Source: a virus (lineage: Duplodnaviria > Heunggongvirae > Uroviricota > Caudoviricetes). From it: a DNA stretch of 64,000 nt. The position numbers and the translations under genes are program-made. Below, one piece after another: positions 18,770 to 28,767 of this stretch. The notes beneath the pieces are model-generated. The model did not search any database and was not told the DNA's origin. It saw only the letters and a program-made list of their open reading frames with translations. Every line of letters starts with the position of its first letter. Position 1 is the stretch's first letter. The stretch lies in the IMG/VR virus record IMGVR_UViG_3300051215_000059. One strand, given 5' to 3'.

Positions 18770-19540
18770 TGGATAAGGAGAGCAATGTAGGGCAACAGTT
18801 TTCGCTTTATAACGAAGACTGCTTGGTCGCATTGAGTCGTGTCCCCGATAAGTCGGTGGATATGATTCTTTGTGACTTGCCCTATGGTTAGCACCACAGC
18901 ATGTGCTTGGGATTTCATCATTCCCATGGATAAACTATGGGAACATTACTATCGGGTATGCAAGAAGAACGCCGCTATGGTGTTCACTGCATCACAACCA
19001 TTTACAACTACTCTAATTTCATCTAACTTGAAAGACTTTCGTTATGAATGGATTTGGGAAAAACCGCAAGGAACCAATCCAATGAACGCAAAGGTTATGC
19101 CGCTAAAGTCACATGAAAATGTGTTAGTGTTCTATCGTGAGAAACCAACCTATAACCCACAAATGTGGTATAGCACTCCATATGGTGGCTTCAAGAGTGA
19201 CACATCAAAGATTGGCGAAGTATATGGTTCTGCCAAATCACAGCATCGCGACAATCCAGATGGGTCACGATATCCAAGAACTGTTCAAAAGTTCAAGCAA
19301 GAGAAGGGCTTTCATCCAACACAGAAGCCAGTGGAAATGATGGAATACTTCATCAAAACTTACTCTAATAAGGGTGAGACTATTCTTGATAACACAATGG
19401 GTTCTGGAACAACTGGTGTTGCTGCGGTCAAGTTGGGACGTAACTTTATTGGTATGGAACAAGAAGCTAAGTATTTTGAGATTGCTAAAACTCGTATTGA
19501 CGAGGTAAAGGAAGAGACAAAGTTTTTTGACTTTGAGTAA
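18769..19540 (+). pseudogene. Beta-class DNA methyltransferase interrupted by a stop and frameshift after motif IV
   Basis: 18769-18891 encodes ...MILCDLPYG then TAG. Continuation TTACAWD...HPTQKP...DNTMGSGTTG lies in the +1 frame. Confidence 0.75.
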
Positions 19541-19548
19541 AGGATATC

Positions 19549-20370
19549 ATGTATAACAAATCAATCTTGAAGTGGGCTGGCAACAAAATACGTATCATGA
19601 ATACGTTACAGGGGTATATCGGAACCCCTAATATCTTTGTTGAACCATTCGGCGGTTCATTTGTGGTATCTCTGAATACTACTGCCCAAGAGTATAGGAT
19701 TGGGGACATCAACTCCGACATCATTAGCCTTTACAATGCGGTCATAGATGATTCCAATTTTATACAGACTGCACAACAGTATTATGTAAATGGCATTGAT
19801 AGAGACAAATACAACAAACTGAGAGACGAGTTCAACAAAACACGTTCTCCCTATTTGTTTTTGTATCTGAACCGCCATTGCTTCAACGGATTGACTCGTT
19901 ACAACAAAGACGGAAAATTCAATGTTCCGTTTGGTGATTATGATAAGGTTCACTTTCCAGAAGAAGAAATAAAAAACTTCAAGAACAAGTTCACCAACAT
20001 CCCATTCAAAAACACCACATTTGAAGACCCTTCTTACTATGAGGGATTGGGAGAAGGCGATGTTGTTTATTTTGACCCTCCATATTTCCCCGCGTCTGAA
20101 ACTGCGAACTTCACTGATTATACCAAAGAAGGCTTCAGTTTAGAACAGCAAGAACATTTGGCAGACATTTGCAAGAAGTTAGCCAAGGATGGCGTCAAGG
20201 TCATCGTGTCAAATCACGATGTTCCTGTTGCTCGTAAGCTGTATGACGGTGCAATGTTTCATCCGATTTCAGTAGCAAGAAGTATTTCTGCGTCTGGTGA
20301 TTCCAGAAAGAAAGCAAAAGAAATCATTGCGGTTTGGAATAATAACGACAACGCTTTGTTTGATTTCTAG
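19549..20370 (+). CDS. dam: Dam-family DNA adenine methyltransferase
   Basis: LKWAGNK, VEPFGG, LNRHCFNGLTRYN, YFDPPY, RSIS. Confidence 0.9.
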   Translation: MYNKSILKWAGNKIRIMNTLQGYIGTPNIFVEPFGGSFVVSLNTTAQEYRIGDINSDIISLYNAVIDDSNFIQTAQQYYVNGIDRDKYNKLRDEFNKTRSPYLFLYLNRHCFNGLTRYNKDGKFNVPFGDYDKVHFPEEEIKNFKNKFTNIPFKNTTFEDPSYYEGLGEGDVVYFDPPYFPASETANFTDYTKEGFSLEQQEHLADICKKLAKDGVKVIVSNHDVPVARKLYDGAMFHPISVARSISASGDSRKKAKEIIAVWNNNDNALFDF

Positions 20371-20417
20371 TCAATCAAATGGATAAATAGGTTATAAGAT
20401 ATAAATCGGAGTAACCT

Positions 20418-21641
20418 ATGAAATTTAGAGATTTGATAGAATCTGGTGACGTAAACCAAGGTAAAAAGTTTGAAGATGACATTGTTACTCTTGCGTTGCT
20501 ATGTGGTGAAAATTTGGGCGAAGACTTGGACAAATTGTATGCCAAGAACTCTGACAAGTTTTTGAGTCCATCCACTAAGTCACAAACTATTGCTGCGGTT
20601 GCCGCACTTAACAAGAAGTTTCCAGGAGAGCAATGGACTGATGGCTACAATTCTAACAAGCATCAGTCCGACATAACTCCAAACTATGGACAGGCTACTG
20701 CCAAGTCAGACATAGTTCTGAACGACATTCCATTCTCAGTTAAGATGAGTGGTTCTTTTGTTATTTTGAGTGCGCAAAGCAAGTCAGAATTTGGTGGTGT
20801 ATTCCAATATGCAATCAACAAGTATATGGAAGATAAAGGAATTGAGTTAGAAGTTGATTCATCTATCAAGCAACTTCAAGAAACATTCATAGAAATTCGT
20901 GATACCTACATTGGTGAAGTTTTTCAACAGGTGAAAAGCAAAAGACGCCAACTATCGGTAGTCAAAAAGTTTTCTGATACCACGGATTTATATGAAGATT
21001 TGCGCCAGTATATGGAAGATATGCAAGATAAGATTGAAGATACATACAAGGACGCGATTCAGAAACTAAAAGAAGAAGTGTTGGTTAAGTTGAAAACCTC
21101 GTTGGATGACAACCAAGAACTAAAAGAATATGTCACATGGGAAGCGTTAAGTTCCACATTGAAATATGATGGTAAGTTTCCGTATGCCCCATACGTATTA
21201 TCACCAAAAGGTGTTTCTGATATTTCCAAGCCTGATACTCCATATGTGAAAGCATGTGCCAAAGAATCTAAATTCAGTATTCGTGGGCTACCTACGGGTG
21301 GAATGAGAAGTGGTTCTAAGACATACGCAAAACAGCAAACATCTGCTTACGAAAAAGGCACAGTTGACGTTGCTGGAATTTTTGCTGGTATTGGGTCAAT
21401 GGCAATGAACTTGAAGGTAGATATTAGTGATGCGACTTCTCGCAACCTACCGATAGATGAGGCGTTTGACATTCGGCAAATCTGGGACCAACTTGTTTCT
21501 ATCGTTAGGTCGGTAATGAGTAAGTTGGCAAAAAAGTTCAACAAGATTATATCTGACATCACTGAACTGTTTGAGGCAACGCCAGCCGACTGGGTTACTG
21601 GACTTGGGATTGAGGCAGACGGTGAAATAAAAATGGTCTAA
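20418..21641 (+). CDS. Late, probably head-packaged protein; possible PD-(D/E)xK fold
   Basis: GATAAATA at 20382, N-terminus MKFRDLIES, motifs FEDDIV...KSDIVLN...FSVK. Confidence 0.6.
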   Translation: MKFRDLIESGDVNQGKKFEDDIVTLALLCGENLGEDLDKLYAKNSDKFLSPSTKSQTIAAVAALNKKFPGEQWTDGYNSNKHQSDITPNYGQATAKSDIVLNDIPFSVKMSGSFVILSAQSKSEFGGVFQYAINKYMEDKGIELEVDSSIKQLQETFIEIRDTYIGEVFQQVKSKRRQLSVVKKFSDTTDLYEDLRQYMEDMQDKIEDTYKDAIQKLKEEVLVKLKTSLDDNQELKEYVTWEALSSTLKYDGKFPYAPYVLSPKGVSDISKPDTPYVKACAKESKFSIRGLPTGGMRSGSKTYAKQQTSAYEKGTVDVAGIFAGIGSMAMNLKVDISDATSRNLPIDEAFDIRQIWDQLVSIVRSVMSKLAKKFNKIISDITELFEATPADWVTGLGIEADGEIKMV

Positions 21642-21667
21642 AATAATCGCCCTTTTGGGCGATTATT
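21642..21667. terminator. Stem-loop terminator
   Basis: AATAATCGCCC-TTTT-GGGCGATTATT. Confidence 0.7.
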
Positions 21668-21669
21668 CA

Positions 21670-21698
21670 TTGACATTCCCAACGAATCGAGATATACA
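21670..21698 (+). promoter_or_regulatory. Early promoter with spacer CGAATCG
   Basis: TTGACA-N17-TATACA, with GAATC at 21684-21688. Confidence 0.85.
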
Positions 21699-21724
21699 TA
21701 ATCTGTAACCAAGAGGGAAAACCG

Positions 21725-22009
21725 ATGAACGTAGCCACCATCATTCGTGACCAAATTCGTGCTCTTGACCGCCGCGCCTTTATGGCATGGGGTGCAAAAG
21801 ATTTTGTTGGTATGGGCGATGGATTGAAGTTCAAAACTTCTGGTCTGGTCAAATGGAAAGGCTACGTCTACATCAAGTATGACGAAGGTATGGACCTTTA
21901 CAACGTTCAGTTCGCCCGTATCCGAAACCTTGACTGGAAGGTTGACAAAGAGGTAAACGGCGTGTATGCCGAAGACCTCGTTGGCATTATCGACGGTCAA
22001 GTCGGTTAA
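21725..22009 (+). CDS. Early hypothetical protein
   Basis: GAGGG RBS after the promoter. Confidence 0.75.
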   Translation: MNVATIIRDQIRALDRRAFMAWGAKDFVGMGDGLKFKTSGLVKWKGYVYIKYDEGMDLYNVQFARIRNLDWKVDKEVNGVYAEDLVGIIDGQVG

Positions 22010-22196
22010 AATCAACACAATCAATAAGGAAACCATAATGACTCGTTTTGCCGCCGCAGTAATGATTGCTTTTTTCTTGCTTATCGGACTTTCGGTGCAA
22101 TATTACACCATTAGCAAGTGTGGGTGGAGCACTTTCTTTCTTGGAAAGAACGCTGCGATTGCAGCGGTTACGGGCATGTGCGATGACGAATAACGC

Positions 22197-22225
22197 TTGA
22201 CATTCCTGACGAATCACTGTATACA
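22197..22225 (+). promoter_or_regulatory. Early promoter with spacer CGAATCA
   Basis: TTGACA-N17-TATACA, with GAATC at 22211-22215. Confidence 0.85.
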
Positions 22226-22255
22226 TATCCTGTAAGCAAGAGAAAGAGGAACACA

Positions 22256-23242
22256 ATGCAGATTGCCCACATTGAAAACGGTTCGTATAACAACCAACCG
22301 ATTTCTGGTTCGTTTCCTTTGGTGCAGGGTTTGAAACCTTCTGCCAAGGGCGGGTTTTTCATTACGGTTGATGCTTCTGACAGTGCAGTCAAGAAGCCCA
22401 AGATTCGTATTCGTGTTGAATCGGAAGATGACGTTTCGATTGATGGTGAAGCGGGCGAAACTGCCTGTGTGACTGAAAGTGACGAAGAAGCGATTGAACG
22501 TATTGCTGAACGTTTCAAAATTCTTGATGATATGACGGGCGCTACCATTGATGGTGTCGTGCGTGGCATGGTCGTTTCTGGACCTCCCGGCGTTGGTAAA
22601 ACCTATGGTGTGGAACAGGTTCTTGAGCAAGACTCGTTGTTTGACATTATGGCTGACCGTCCCCTGCGCCACACGTTTGTGAAGGGAACCATGTCGCCCA
22701 TCGGTCTGTATTCCACGCTTTACAAATACAGCGATGAAAAGAATATCGTGGTGCTTGATGACTGCGACTCCATCCTGTTCAACGAAGATGCTTTGAATAT
22801 TCTCAAAGCTGCTCTGGACAGTGGCAAGAAGCGTAAAATCTCTTGGCACTCGGACTCTCACTTTTTGCGCCGCGAGGGGGTTCCTGACCAATTTGAGTTC
22901 AAAGGTTCGGTCATCTTCATCACCAACTTGAAGTTTGACAAGGTGAAATCCTCCAAAATCAAGGACCACCTTGAAGCAATCATGTCGCGTTGCCACTATC
23001 TGGATTTGACCATCAGCACGACTCGTGACAAACTCCTGCGGTGCAAACAGATTGTCCGTCAAGGTATGCTGAATTCCTACGGTTTCTCGGACCAAGAACA
23101 ACATGAGATTATGTCCTATATGGAAGTCAACCAATCTCGTCTGCGTGAAATCTCTCTCCGTATGATCACCAAGATTGCTGACCTTCGCAAAGCGATGCCG
23201 CAATCTTGGGAACGGACTGCCAACCTGACTTGCTGCAAGTAA
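22256..23242 (+). CDS. AAA-type ATPase
   Basis: Walker A GPPGVGKT, Walker B VVLDDCD, AIMSR. Confidence 0.85.
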   Translation: MQIAHIENGSYNNQPISGSFPLVQGLKPSAKGGFFITVDASDSAVKKPKIRIRVESEDDVSIDGEAGETACVTESDEEAIERIAERFKILDDMTGATIDGVVRGMVVSGPPGVGKTYGVEQVLEQDSLFDIMADRPLRHTFVKGTMSPIGLYSTLYKYSDEKNIVVLDDCDSILFNEDALNILKAALDSGKKRKISWHSDSHFLRREGVPDQFEFKGSVIFITNLKFDKVKSSKIKDHLEAIMSRCHYLDLTISTTRDKLLRCKQIVRQGMLNSYGFSDQEQHEIMSYMEVNQSRLREISLRMITKIADLRKAMPQSWERTANLTCCK

Positions 23243-23263
23243 CTCTGAGTTGAAATAAACTTC

Positions 23264-23291
23264 AAAAACGATCCCTTCGGGGATCGTTTTT
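23264..23291 (+). terminator. Intrinsic terminator, UUCG loop
   Basis: AAAAACGATCCC-TTCG-GGGATCGTTTTT. Confidence 0.85.
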
Positions 23292-23345
23292 CTATTGAAA
23301 TCAAAGACTTATTATGGTATATTATATGAAACGTTGAGGGTATAC

Positions 23346-24797
23346 ATGAAAAAATGTAAAATAGTAATCAAAGATGAGGTAAACATAAAGTTGGATGGGC
23401 TTGACCCATCAACCAGACGTAAGTGCTCAGACAAATTGAAGTTCTTTCTTCCCCATGCTTTCCACACCCCTGCCTATAAACTTGGCAGATGGGATGGAAC
23501 AGTTCGGTTCTGTGACGTGGGCGGTAGAACATATCTGAACCTTTTGGATGATATTGTTCCTATTATTGTAGATGCTGGCTATGAGTTTGAGATTGAAGAC
23601 AATCGTATGAACCATGGCACTCTGGAATTTGACCAGATTGCAGAAGACTATTGGGGCGACAAGACATGGCCAAAAGGACATAAGCATGAGGGCGAACTTA
23701 TTCGTCTGCGTGACTACCAAGTAGAAATCATCAACAAGTTCATTGAGAACCCACAGGCATTACAGGAAGTCGCCACTGGCGCTGGTAAGACCATTATGAC
23801 TGCCACCATGGCGAGTATGGTAGAAAAGCATGGTAGGTCAATCGTAATCGTTCCAAACAAAGACCTTGTGAAACAAACCGCTAAGGATTATGAAAACTGC
23901 GGGTTGGATTATGGTGTTTATTTTGGTGACAAGAAAGACATAGGAAAGACTCATACTGTTTGCACTTGGCAATCATTGAACTCGCTATTGAAGCAAACCA
24001 AGGAAGGCAAAGCTGATATACAAGACTTCATTGATGGCGTGGTATGTGTTATCGTAGATGAAGTCCATCAGGCAAAAGCAGACGTTCTGAAGGAACTTCT
24101 GACTGGTGTATTTGCGAATGTCCCATTGCGTTGGGGACTTACTGGAACCATTCCGAAAGGCGAGTGGGATGTAGCGTCAATCAACGCAAGTCTTGGTAAG
24201 GTTATTCACCAGTTGAGTGCAAAGACTCTGCAAGACGAAGGCGTATTGTCTAAATGTCACGTAGAGATTATACAAACGCAAGAAACGGCTGAGTATAATA
24301 ACTATCAATCAGAACTCAAGTTTCTGCTGGAAGATGCGAAACGTGCCGATTACATGGCACAGAAGATTATGGAAATCTCAAATACAGGCAACACGCTTGT
24401 TCTTGTAGACCGTTTGGCGGCTGGTAATGCGTTGATAGAACGGCTTCCACTAGGAACGGTATTTGTCAGTGGCAAGATGAAAACTGATGACCGCCAAAAT
24501 GAATATGATGAAATCAATCAGTCTATTAACAGCATTACGGTTGCCACATATGGGGTTGCTGCGGTGGGCCTCAACATTCCACGAATATTCAATCTGGTTA
24601 TGATTGAACCAGGAAAATCGTTTGTTCGGGTAATTCAGTCTATTGGGCGTGGTGTTCGGACAGCGAAAGACAAAGACTTTGTTCAGATATGGGACTTCAC
24701 AAGTCGGTGTAAGTTCAGTAAGCGTCATTTGACGGAACGAAAGAAATATTATGCCGATGCAGAGTATCCCTATCGTGTCAACAAAGTTACTTACTAA
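23346..24797 (+). CDS. uvsW: SF2 DNA helicase UvsW
   Basis: LRDYQ, ATGAGKT, DEVH, GLTGT, QSIGRGVR. Confidence 0.9.
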   Translation: MKKCKIVIKDEVNIKLDGLDPSTRRKCSDKLKFFLPHAFHTPAYKLGRWDGTVRFCDVGGRTYLNLLDDIVPIIVDAGYEFEIEDNRMNHGTLEFDQIAEDYWGDKTWPKGHKHEGELIRLRDYQVEIINKFIENPQALQEVATGAGKTIMTATMASMVEKHGRSIVIVPNKDLVKQTAKDYENCGLDYGVYFGDKKDIGKTHTVCTWQSLNSLLKQTKEGKADIQDFIDGVVCVIVDEVHQAKADVLKELLTGVFANVPLRWGLTGTIPKGEWDVASINASLGKVIHQLSAKTLQDEGVLSKCHVEIIQTQETAEYNNYQSELKFLLEDAKRADYMAQKIMEISNTGNTLVLVDRLAAGNALIERLPLGTVFVSGKMKTDDRQNEYDEINQSINSITVATYGVAAVGLNIPRIFNLVMIEPGKSFVRVIQSIGRGVRTAKDKDFVQIWDFTSRCKFSKRHLTERKKYYADAEYPYRVNKVTY

Positions 24798-24808
24798 GGA
24801 GAAGAAAA

Positions 24809-25309
24809 ATTAAAATACTAACCCCCGAAAATACTTGTTTTGAAATGAATGACCTTCCTGATGAAATAGAAGATATTCGTTATTGTGTCATGGATGTGTC
24901 GGACAAATCAGAACCAGACTTCTTTTTTATCCCATTGGTCTTTATTGAGACCTTTAATACGCCAAGCATCAGTTTGTCAATTGGCAATCATGTCATTGAA
25001 ATGCCACTTGATTGGAACATTTTGATTGGTGACCGTGACTTGGGGCAATTGGAATTTGTTCCACTCACAAGTATTAATGAACGAGACTTTCAGACGATTA
25101 TTACGAACCCGCTGAATGGATTTTCCCAAGAATGGGCACCAATCCGTGTGAATAATATTTTTGCTGATGTAAAATGGTTCTTGCCAAAACTCAAATATGG
25201 GCATATACTGGCAATACCACTCGAACATAAATCCAGCCCTCGTTGTGCATATTTCGTGAAGGATATGAACCGTATACCAGATGTATTGAACAGCTACGAC
25301 TTCTTCTAA
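24809..25309 (+). CDS. Conserved hypothetical protein, probable AUU start
   Basis: AGGAG at 24797-24801 lies 7 nt before an in-frame ATT. The first ATG (24845) lacks an RBS. Confidence 0.6.
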   Translation: MKILTPENTCFEMNDLPDEIEDIRYCVMDVSDKSEPDFFFIPLVFIETFNTPSISLSIGNHVIEMPLDWNILIGDRDLGQLEFVPLTSINERDFQTIITNPLNGFSQEWAPIRVNNIFADVKWFLPKLKYGHILAIPLEHKSSPRCAYFVKDMNRIPDVLNSYDFF

Positions 25310-25572
25310 TGTATAAAATCATATACAAAGCTAATCGCGAATCTATGAAAGAGGCAAGAAACTGGTGTGACAACGCTGGTATTTCGTATGCCACTTCATA
25401 CAAGGACGATATATATGACCAGAGAGATATAGGATATCTGCCTGGTTCTGTGCAGGACAAGATGGATATTGCTTGTTATTTTGCATTTGAACATGAGTTG
25501 GATGCGGCTACGTTTTGTATGATGTTTGGAGGAAGGATAAACTATGTTAGCGGACAGCGACACTTTGTATGA
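25309..25572 (+). CDS. Hypothetical protein
   Basis: TAATG coupling. Confidence 0.55.
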   Translation: MYKIIYKANRESMKEARNWCDNAGISYATSYKDDIYDQRDIGYLPGSVQDKMDIACYFAFEHELDAATFCMMFGGRINYVSGQRHFV

Positions 25573-25780
25573 TGTAAGTTTGTATGTGTCGTTCACTGCA
25601 TCCGCTTCATTTGAAGCCTTCATATATAAAAACCGTATGCGACCATACTCAAAGATAATAGAATCCAACAACGGGTGCATATATGTATTTGAGAAGATGA
25701 CGTTACAAGACTGCTCATACATTTCACTTATGTTTGATGTAACAATAGAAAAGATGCAAGGAGTAATGAACTTTGGCTAA
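25544..25780 (+). CDS. Hypothetical protein
   Basis: GGAGG RBS; operon context. Confidence 0.55.
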   Translation: MLADSDTLYDVSLYVSFTASASFEAFIYKNRMRPYSKIIESNNGCIYVFEKMTLQDCSYISLMFDVTIEKMQGVMNFG

Positions 25781-26258
25781 ACAGATTCCTCTCAATGATA
25801 TGCTTGCTGCGTTAGATCGGCAGGACTTTGACTGGTATAAGAACCTGACCGATGAGGAAAGAAAATCTTGGTCAAGCTGGCTCACGTTGCGTTATGCAAG
25901 TAGCGTCAAAGGTAAAGGCCAAGACGATGCGTTGCTGAACACAAACGAGTTTGTCAATAAGCATTATCTTGACCTTTACAAAGATGATGATTTGATGTGG
26001 CGTCTAATGTGCCTCACTGGAACAGGCAAGGGGCAGTATCATGAATGGATCAAACCGCCACACAGCAACAAGACAAAAGACAAAGTGTCGCAGTTTGTTA
26101 TGTCGGTGTATCCCCATTTCAAGTCTGACGAGGTAGAGTTGTTTTGCAAGATGAACTCCACTAAGGAGCTAATGTCTCTGGCAGTCAGTATGGGATTGAC
26201 AGATGGCGAAATTAATGATATATTTGGCAAAACATCAAAGAAAGGCAAGGCGAAATGA
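25773..26258 (+). CDS. Possible clamp-loader small subunit (gp62-like)
   Basis: Helical protein with a WLTLRYASS...WIKP pattern reminiscent of gp62; replication module context. Confidence 0.45.
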   Translation: MAKQIPLNDMLAALDRQDFDWYKNLTDEERKSWSSWLTLRYASSVKGKGQDDALLNTNEFVNKHYLDLYKDDDLMWRLMCLTGTGKGQYHEWIKPPHSNKTKDKVSQFVMSVYPHFKSDEVELFCKMNSTKELMSLAVSMGLTDGEINDIFGKTSKKGKAK

Positions 26259-26929
26259 GTTTCACTTGTCAGTTTTGCTCTAAGACGTTCCAGCGAGAAC
26301 GAACCTTGTCGGCACATCTATGTGAACAAAAGCGTAGGTGGCTGAACAAGGATGAAAAGTATGTTGTTCTTGGCTTCTTGGCATTTCGTAGGTTCTACGA
26401 AATCTCTATGGGAGAAAAGAAAGAAAAGACATACGAACAGTTTGCCAGTTCTCAGTATTATACCGCCTTCACTAAGTTTGGAAGGCACATGTTGCATATC
26501 AATGCGGTTGACCCTGAGAACTTTATTGACTTTGTTATTCGTTCAAGTGTCCCAGTGGACAAATGGTGCAACGAAGCAGTGTATGAAACATATATTCATG
26601 AATTGAATAAAAAGGAAACTGCGGAGAGGGCATTGGAACGTGGTATCATATTGATGCAAGAATGGGGGAATGAGAATGATAAACCGTTTAATGTATTCTT
26701 TCGGGAGAATAGTCGGTCGCGTATTATCTACTGGATACGGTCTGGACGTATTAGCCCTTGGATTATTTTTAACTGCGATTCTGGTGTGGAACTCCTAAGT
26801 GAGTTTTCCGACCAAGAATTAAAATTGGTAAACGACTATATGGACCCAGAGTTCTGGACCAGAAAGTTTCAAGTTCGCAAAGATGATGTGAACTTTGTTC
26901 GGAATGTATTAGAGAAAGCGGGATTATGA
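26255..26929 (+). CDS. Conserved hypothetical protein with an N-terminal C2HC zinc finger
   Basis: CQFC...HLC; ATGA coupling. Confidence 0.7.
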   Translation: MSFTCQFCSKTFQRERTLSAHLCEQKRRWLNKDEKYVVLGFLAFRRFYEISMGEKKEKTYEQFASSQYYTAFTKFGRHMLHINAVDPENFIDFVIRSSVPVDKWCNEAVYETYIHELNKKETAERALERGIILMQEWGNENDKPFNVFFRENSRSRIIYWIRSGRISPWIIFNCDSGVELLSEFSDQELKLVNDYMDPEFWTRKFQVRKDDVNFVRNVLEKAGL

Positions 26930-27120
26930 ACGTAGAAAAAATAGGAGACAATCGCTGGTTGGCGACTGTCATGAAAAATGGTAAAGAAGAAGATTTGATT
27001 ATCGAGTTTAGTGAAGAAATGCTCAATCAGGTTGGATGGGCACCTGGGGATGTTATTGAATGGTTTGATAATTCCGATGGAACTTTCACTCTAAGAAAAA
27101 AGGAAAATGACAATGGATAA
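26926..27120 (+). CDS. AbrB/MazE-like small DNA-binding protein
   Basis: LIIEFSEEMLNQVGWAPGDVIEW...FTLRK. Confidence 0.65.
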   Translation: MNVEKIGDNRWLATVMKNGKEEDLIIEFSEEMLNQVGWAPGDVIEWFDNSDGTFTLRKKENDNG

Positions 27121-27529
27121 TGATTACAGCCTTCAAGAACTTATTGCAAACATGCAACAAATGGTTCAATCAAATAGCAACAAGCTAAACAGTGCGGCAT
27201 CCACATCTGGTGGACCATCGTGGACTTATACCACTCCTAACATAAGTGACCACGTAAAATCGGTTTACTACCCAAGTGATTATTATGGTAAGCAGTGGGA
27301 TGACCGTTATACTTACACAGGAGGCACCACGTCGACTACTTCGGTTGAGGAAATCAGACATATGGCATTGGTCAATCGGATTGATCGTCTAGAAAAGATG
27401 CTGGAAGAACGTCTTTGTGTTTTGAACCCAAACCCAGAAATGCTACAAAAGTGGGAAATCCTTCAAGAAATCTACAATCAGTATAAAGCTGCGGAAGCAC
27501 TATTGTTTGGACATGACGCCGATGAGTGA
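27107..27529 (+). CDS. Hypothetical protein, paralog A
   Basis: C-terminal RL...L...YNQYKAAEALLFG shared with the next ORF. Confidence 0.65.
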   Translation: MTMDNDYSLQELIANMQQMVQSNSNKLNSAASTSGGPSWTYTTPNISDHVKSVYYPSDYYGKQWDDRYTYTGGTTSTTSVEEIRHMALVNRIDRLEKMLEERLCVLNPNPEMLQKWEILQEIYNQYKAAEALLFGHDADE

Positions 27530-27941
27530 AGAAGTAAAGTATATATATGAATCGCCCGATGGTGGCAAGACTGTGACCCGTAGGGAGTTCGGAAGTTTGA
27601 ATAAAGAAGAATACTATGGAACACCTGAGTTTTCGGATGAAGATTATATCTCTTCTGATACAAACTACACTCTTGACGTAAGCGCATTAGATGTTGGAAA
27701 TCTGTTAGTTTATACTGGGTCTTCTTTTGTCGCTACGGATATTAGCGTCAACGAAAATTACAATAAGTCTTTCAATCTTTTTGAATTGCATGAACGTTTG
27801 GAAACCATTGAGAAACGCTTGACAATTCTTGTGCCTGATGCTAAACTATTAGAACAATACCAAGTTTTACAAGATTTATATGCACAATACAAAGCTGCCG
27901 AATCTCTATTATTTGGACCTGAAATTGAGGATGAAAAATGA
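27507..27941 (+). CDS. Hypothetical protein, paralog B
   Basis: YIYESPDGGKTV; C-terminal YAQYKAAESLLFG. Confidence 0.65.
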   Translation: MDMTPMSEEVKYIYESPDGGKTVTRREFGSLNKEEYYGTPEFSDEDYISSDTNYTLDVSALDVGNLLVYTGSSFVATDISVNENYNKSFNLFELHERLETIEKRLTILVPDAKLLEQYQVLQDLYAQYKAAESLLFGPEIEDEK

Positions 27942-28480
27942 CCAAAGTAGTAAATTACACATGGGATGATGTTGAACGTGCAGTTCGCGATATTGCGATG
28001 CAAATGTATAAAGACAATTGGCGACCAGACTATATTGTTGGGATTACACGAGGTGGATTAGTTCCAGCCGTTATGTTGTCGCATATATCTGGTATACCAA
28101 TGCACACGTTATGTGTTCAACTTGCCACAGAAGGTCTGGAAGAAAACACTGAAACTAATTGCTGGATGAGCGAAGATGCGTTTGGGTTTGTATTGCCAGA
28201 AGGGCAAATCACTGGTGGCCAATCCAGCGTTGAAGCACGAAAGCAAATTCTAATCATTGATGACATCAACCGTGGCGGCGATGCTATGGAATGGATTATG
28301 AAGGATTGGAGTTCATCTTGCTTGCCAAACTCAGATGCATGGGAAGAAGTATGGCATACTAATGTTCGCTTCGCGGCATTGATTGACAATGCAAACTCAA
28401 AAGTTTCAATGGACTATCAGTGCGAAGAGTTTAACGATGTTGACAACGATACATGGGTATCGTTTCCTTGGGAACGTTGA
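27938..28480 (+). CDS. Type I phosphoribosyltransferase (Gpt-like)
   Basis: IVGITRGGLVPA, PRPP loop ILIIDDINRGG, WVSFPWE. Confidence 0.85.
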   Translation: MTKVVNYTWDDVERAVRDIAMQMYKDNWRPDYIVGITRGGLVPAVMLSHISGIPMHTLCVQLATEGLEENTETNCWMSEDAFGFVLPEGQITGGQSSVEARKQILIIDDINRGGDAMEWIMKDWSSSCLPNSDAWEEVWHTNVRFAALIDNANSKVSMDYQCEEFNDVDNDTWVSFPWER

Positions 28481-28767
28481 TGGCTTCCTCCCGCACACAA
28501 TCTACACTTGAACGTCTTCGATCTCTCGTAAAGAGATCGAAGAATCAACGTAGGTATGTGAGTGAGTTCAGCCACAATGAATACGAATCTTGGACGTTAG
28601 TTGATCTTGGTAAACTTCCGCCACAAAAAACACTTATTCCAAATTCAGTTAACAGTAATGTGATATGGTGTGAAGATAATTGTCAGGATGAGTTTGTATT
28701 TTATAGACGGCGCATCTATTTCAAGAGTTCAGATGATGCCGCATACTTTTTGGTAGTTTGGCAATGA
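28480..28767 (+). CDS. Hypothetical protein
   Basis: TGATG coupling. Confidence 0.5.
   Translation: MASSRTQSTLERLRSLVKRSKNQRRYVSEFSHNEYESWTLVDLGKLPPQKTLIPNSVNSNVIWCEDNCQDEFVFYRRRIYFKSSDDAAYFLVVWQ

Noticed and set aside
18886-18935. Amber (TAG) reassignment or read-through
   Set aside because: Reading through the TAG stays in the wrong frame and soon hits TAA. Other genes end normally in TAG (for example 48959, 20370).
18769-19540. Calling this MTase CcrM
   Set aside because: HPTQKP and the beta-class layout are shared by many phage MTases. Specificity cannot be read from the sequence, and the gene is interrupted.
22214-23203. 329-aa minus-strand ORF
   Set aside because: Antisense shadow of the codon-biased AAA ATPase; no RBS or motifs.
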